Shown here: one piece after another, positions 60,696 to 64,000 of the stretch
Position numbering within the stretch: the stretch's first letter is position 1
Layout: each line of letters starts with the position of its first letter
Assembly (NCBI GenBank): GCA_016840085.1
Contig: JAEOTA010000086.1
Span: forward strand, 96,001-160,000
Direction: 5' to 3'
Length of the DNA: 64,000 bases
Origin: Promethearchaeota archaeon
Lineage (GTDB): Archaea; Asgardarchaeota; Lokiarchaeia; Sigyniarchaeales; SOKP01
Notes under the pieces: model-generated
Database searches by the model: none
Told to the model about the DNA's origin: nothing
The model's input: only the letters and a program-made list of their open reading frames with translations
Made by a program: the position numbers and the translations under genes

Positions 60696-61334
60696 ATGGT
60701 AGAAATTGATATACTATTCATTAATAATAATGAAATTAAGCTGGAAGCGGAATATTACCAATCAAGTTTACGTAATACAAGGCCATCTGTTTTAATTTGT
60801 CATCCGCATCCACAATTTGGTGGTAATATGCATAATAATATTGTTTCTGCGGTATTTAACAAATTAATCAATAGCAATATCTCTTGTTTAAGATTCAATT
60901 TTAGAGGTGTTGGAAGATCTTCTGGAAATCATTCAGATGGAATGGGTGAATTAAGTGATGTTAAGGCATCTGTAGATTTTTTAATTAATAATAAAAAATG
61001 TGAGAAAATCATTATTTGTGGCTATTCATATGGTGCTGTAATAGGGTGTTCAGCAGTTAATTATTCAGATAAGATAATTGGTTTTATCTCCATATCTTTT
61101 CCATGGGATTTTATGGGAGCGAAATTCAAAGAATTATCTCAAACTTCGAAAAAAAAACTATTTATTCAAGGAAATCGTGATACCGTTGCTCGTTATGAAA
61201 ATTTCTATGAAAATTTTAATTTATACTTAAATCCAAAAATAAGCAAAATTATCGATGGCGCAGATCACTTTTATGGGGGTTACGAAGAACAAGTTGCTAA
61301 TGCAATTCTAGATTTTTATTATTCCATTGTCTAA
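60696..61334 (+). CDS. Alpha/beta hydrolase
   Basis: HPHPQFGG, RFNFRGVG, GYSYG, QG.RD, ADHF. Confidence 0.92.
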   Translation: MVEIDILFINNNEIKLEAEYYQSSLRNTRPSVLICHPHPQFGGNMHNNIVSAVFNKLINSNISCLRFNFRGVGRSSGNHSDGMGELSDVKASVDFLINNKKCEKIIICGYSYGAVIGCSAVNYSDKIIGFISISFPWDFMGAKFKELSQTSKKKLFIQGNRDTVARYENFYENFNLYLNPKISKIIDGADHFYGGYEEQVANAILDFYYSIV

Positions 61335-61411
61335 GAGATTTGAAGTAAGATTTTACCAAATAGAAGTCTTGAAGGAAAAACTGATAAATAAAAAATAAGT
61401 AATAAATAATT

Positions 61412-61819
61412 TTAGAGTGATGAAAGTTTTTCTAGATCGGCTTTACTATTTTCTTCTGCCCAATCTAGAAGTTGATCCACATATTTCTCAATTTCTCCGG
61501 ATTCTGGTAATTTTGTTAATACTGCTAAAAGGAATTGGGTATTAGGATTAATAATTATATTTCTCATTATTATAAAGTCTTCTTTATATTTAATTTTCAT
61601 ACTCCTAACTTCTGATAAACCTATTTCTTCTGCTGCTTTATATGCTGCATCGCTCAGTAAAGATCCCATAGCTGCTACTGCACGTTCGTCAATCTTTTCC
61701 TCCTTTTGGGACGCTAATACTAATCCAGTTGATGTTGCAAAAAGTGATGCGCGAAAATTTCCATTATCATTAAGTTCTTTCAGTACTAATCCGAGTCTAC
61801 TAACCAAATTAACGCACAC
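61412..61819 (-). CDS. Roadblock/LC7-domain protein
   Basis: LxxL...ASLFATSTGLVLAS...VAAMGS...AAEEIG pattern. Confidence 0.85.
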   Translation of the reverse strand: MCVNLVSRLGLVLKELNDNGNFRASLFATSTGLVLASQKEEKIDERAVAAMGSLLSDAAYKAAEEIGLSEVRSMKIKYKEDFIIMRNIIINPNTQFLLAVLTKLPESGEIEKYVDQLLDWAEENSKADLEKLSSL

Positions 61820-62027
61820 TCTTATATAATTAATTTATAAATATCTTAAAGGAAATTTCCATATTATTTTATATCAATATTATTAAATTTAGATTCTTTA
61901 GCATAAAATTTCCTTGTATTTATTATATGAGTTAAATAATATTTAAAATTATTTGAAGTAGAATATTCAAAATATCTCATTTTTTCACTACTATTTCATC
62001 ATAATCAATTAAAAATTCAAAACCTCT

Positions 62028-62540
62028 CTAAATCTTTAGATTTATAATAAAAGTTGATAAAATATTATCCTCATCAATATTTAAAGTCATAACACTAGGT
62101 CTTGCTATAGGTGTTTTAAATCCAGGTTTTTTAAATGGGGCTTTTGGTTTTGTAGGAGAACCAGGATTTAAAAGAAGAACATTATACTCTGTTCCTTTTA
62201 TAAGTGGTCTATGAGTATGGCCATGAATTAATATATTTAAGTTATGCTTCTTTACAAATTCTTCAACATTCTCAGGTAATTTATGGATTACTCCTATATT
62301 ATAACGCCCTACTATGAATTTAATGAAATCTTCTAAATCTCTAATCTCATCAAAATATCCTTTTACACATCGAGTAGGAGCTATTTTATTTAGTTCATTT
62401 AGGAATATTTGAGAACAAACATCGCCAGCATGAATTATTTCATCAACATCTTTAAAAACATTCTTTAATTTTACGATAAATTTATTTATTTTATCCTCCT
62501 CTTCATTAAAATGGGTATCTGATATAATTCCGATTTTCAT
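62028..62540 (-). CDS. YfcE/Vps29-family metallophosphoesterase
   Basis: SDTH, HAGD, GHTH, LNPGS. Confidence 0.88.
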   Translation of the reverse strand: MKIGIISDTHFNEEEDKINKFIVKLKNVFKDVDEIIHAGDVCSQIFLNELNKIAPTRCVKGYFDEIRDLEDFIKFIVGRYNIGVIHKLPENVEEFVKKHNLNILIHGHTHRPLIKGTEYNVLLLNPGSPTKPKAPFKKPGFKTPIARPSVMTLNIDEDNILSTFIINLKI

Positions 62541-62555
62541 TTAAATAACACACCG

Positions 62556-63629
62556 TTATATAGCAACCAACATACTCATTAAAAAAATTAGGATACCCAT
62601 TATAATATCAATAAAATAACGGAAATATTTATCACCTTTAGTTTTCTCACTAGCTTCATCAATTTTAAAATAAGTTTTAAAAATTTGAAATCCTGTGTTA
62701 ACGCCATCTTTTATCTTGGGAAATTGCCAAACTAGTAGCACAATACCAATGACCAATAACGGACAATAAAGATAAAGTGCAACAAGAGTAAAATCATTCT
62801 CTTGAATAAAACTCCAGATTGTATGAGCAGCAACTATATTATTTAATGTATGGGCGATTATAGCAGGAAAAATCCACTTTTTTTTTAATATAAATAACGA
62901 GAGAATTATTCCTATTAATAAAGCTTGTAAAAACCAAACAAATGGATACCAAAAGGGATACAATCTACTTACAGGATCAAGAAAATAAGCAAAGTGCCCT
63001 AATCCAAAAAAAATTGATGATATCATCACTGCTGACATTATAAAAAAATATTCGCTACCTCTTTTTGCTATAAGGCCTCTGGAAATTGATTCTTCAGCAA
63101 TAGATACTGAAATCTGGATAATGATTACAGAAATTAAAAATACAAAATAATTACTGGACACCAGATATATATTAGTGTTTTTTAGACTTAAAGCCAATGC
63201 TTGATATTCAATCATTTCTGGAATTAATAAATAAGTAAAAAAGTCTATAGGTAGAAAAACTAAAAAGAAAATTAATAATCCATATAAAATTTGATATTTA
63301 TAATTTTTTTTTGTCATTTTAAATAACCTTAAATGCCCTATCGAAGGGGGGATATCTTCATCAATGATAACTTGCTTTTTTTGAGACTCAAATATTAAAT
63401 TTGATAAATATAAGGTAAGTGGAATACCTATGAAAATGAATATTGCCCTCAAACCATAAAATAAAATTCCATATAAAACTGATTCTTTATTTATAAGTAA
63501 GGGAACAACGAATATTGGAATAATTAACAGTAAAAATACAAAAATAAACATAAGCGCAACTTCATATATGAAAAATCTCAATCTATCAACTGCAATCTTT
63601 TTCTTTCCATAATAAACTCTAGAAACCAT
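62556..63629 (-). CDS. CPBP (Abi/Rce1) intramembrane metalloprotease
   Basis: EESISRG, FGLGH, HTLNN motifs; multiple TM segments; GGTGA-N6-ATG start. Confidence 0.88.
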   Translation of the reverse strand: MVSRVYYGKKKIAVDRLRFFIYEVALMFIFVFLLLIIPIFVVPLLINKESVLYGILFYGLRAIFIFIGIPLTLYLSNLIFESQKKQVIIDEDIPPSIGHLRLFKMTKKNYKYQILYGLLIFFLVFLPIDFFTYLLIPEMIEYQALALSLKNTNIYLVSSNYFVFLISVIIIQISVSIAEESISRGLIAKRGSEYFFIMSAVMISSIFFGLGHFAYFLDPVSRLYPFWYPFVWFLQALLIGIILSLFILKKKWIFPAIIAHTLNNIVAAHTIWSFIQENDFTLVALYLYCPLLVIGIVLLVWQFPKIKDGVNTGFQIFKTYFKIDEASEKTKGDKYFRYFIDIIMGILIFLMSMLVAI

Positions 63630-63689
63630 TAATATTCACCTAAATTTGAATAAAAAATTATAAAATTGAAAAATTATAAACTTTTTTAT

Positions 63690-64000
63690 TTAAAAATTTG
63701 AAATAGCTTCTTTTAATTCTTTAATATTAGGAATACCATTTCTTGCCCCTAACTCTTGAATACATTTACCAGCAACAAAATTTCCAATTTTTGTATTATA
63801 CCTAAGATTATTAAAATCGTACTTTAGGTTTTGTAAAAAACCATAAATAAATCCGGCGGAAAAAACATCTCCCGCTCCTGTTGTATCTACTATATTCTCA
63901 ATTTTAATTGAAGGAATTAACACAGAATTTGATCGAGTAAATAATGATGCCCCGCATTCTCCTCTCGTTACTACAATAACCTTTATTCCTAAATTAGTAA
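63690..64000 (-). CDS. PfkB family carbohydrate kinase (5' end outside the window)
   Basis: VVTRGECG and VDTTGAGDVFSAGF signature. Confidence 0.9.
   Translation of the reverse strand, partial: TNLGIKVIVVTRGECGASLFTRSNSVLIPSIKIENIVDTTGAGDVFSAGFIYGFLQNLKYDFNNLRYNTKIGNFVAGKCIQELGARNGIPNIKELKEAISNF

Overview
AT-rich archaeal chromosome segment. Gene content (profilin-like and roadblock proteins, exosome/proteasome superoperon, a C-terminally anchored surface protein) and very low GC point to an Asgard archaeon, most likely Lokiarchaeia; this is inferred, not searched. The window holds four tRNAs (two with introns) and the psmA-SBDS-rrp4-rrp41-rrp42 // rpl37ae-pcc1-pfdB-DHH superoperon, which is split by an inverted two-gene cassette. 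It also holds an ECF transporter, t6A genes, a 2-oxoacid:ferredoxin oxidoreductase operon, a PPi-type PFK, tandem B12-radical SAM genes (one with an in-frame TAA), a small accessory region at 30-34.5 kb, a HerA/CDC48/FEN1/Nob1/eIF5A/SRP54 block and a sugar-catabolism region with unusual fusions. Main observations: (1) a profilin-like gene missing from the ORF track and a CDC48-linked gene both appear to start at ATA, exactly 6 nt after a GGTGA Shine-Dalgarno; (2) tRNA-Val has a T-loop (59/60) intron with a strict BHB, while tRNA-Ser has a 37/38 intron without a BHB; (3) a ~0.5 kb insertion scar duplicates a gene's 3' end; (4) several enzymes show substituted catalytic motifs (JAB, DHDPS-APH fusion, TrmY, NikR). 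All protein assignments come from motif recognition by eye.
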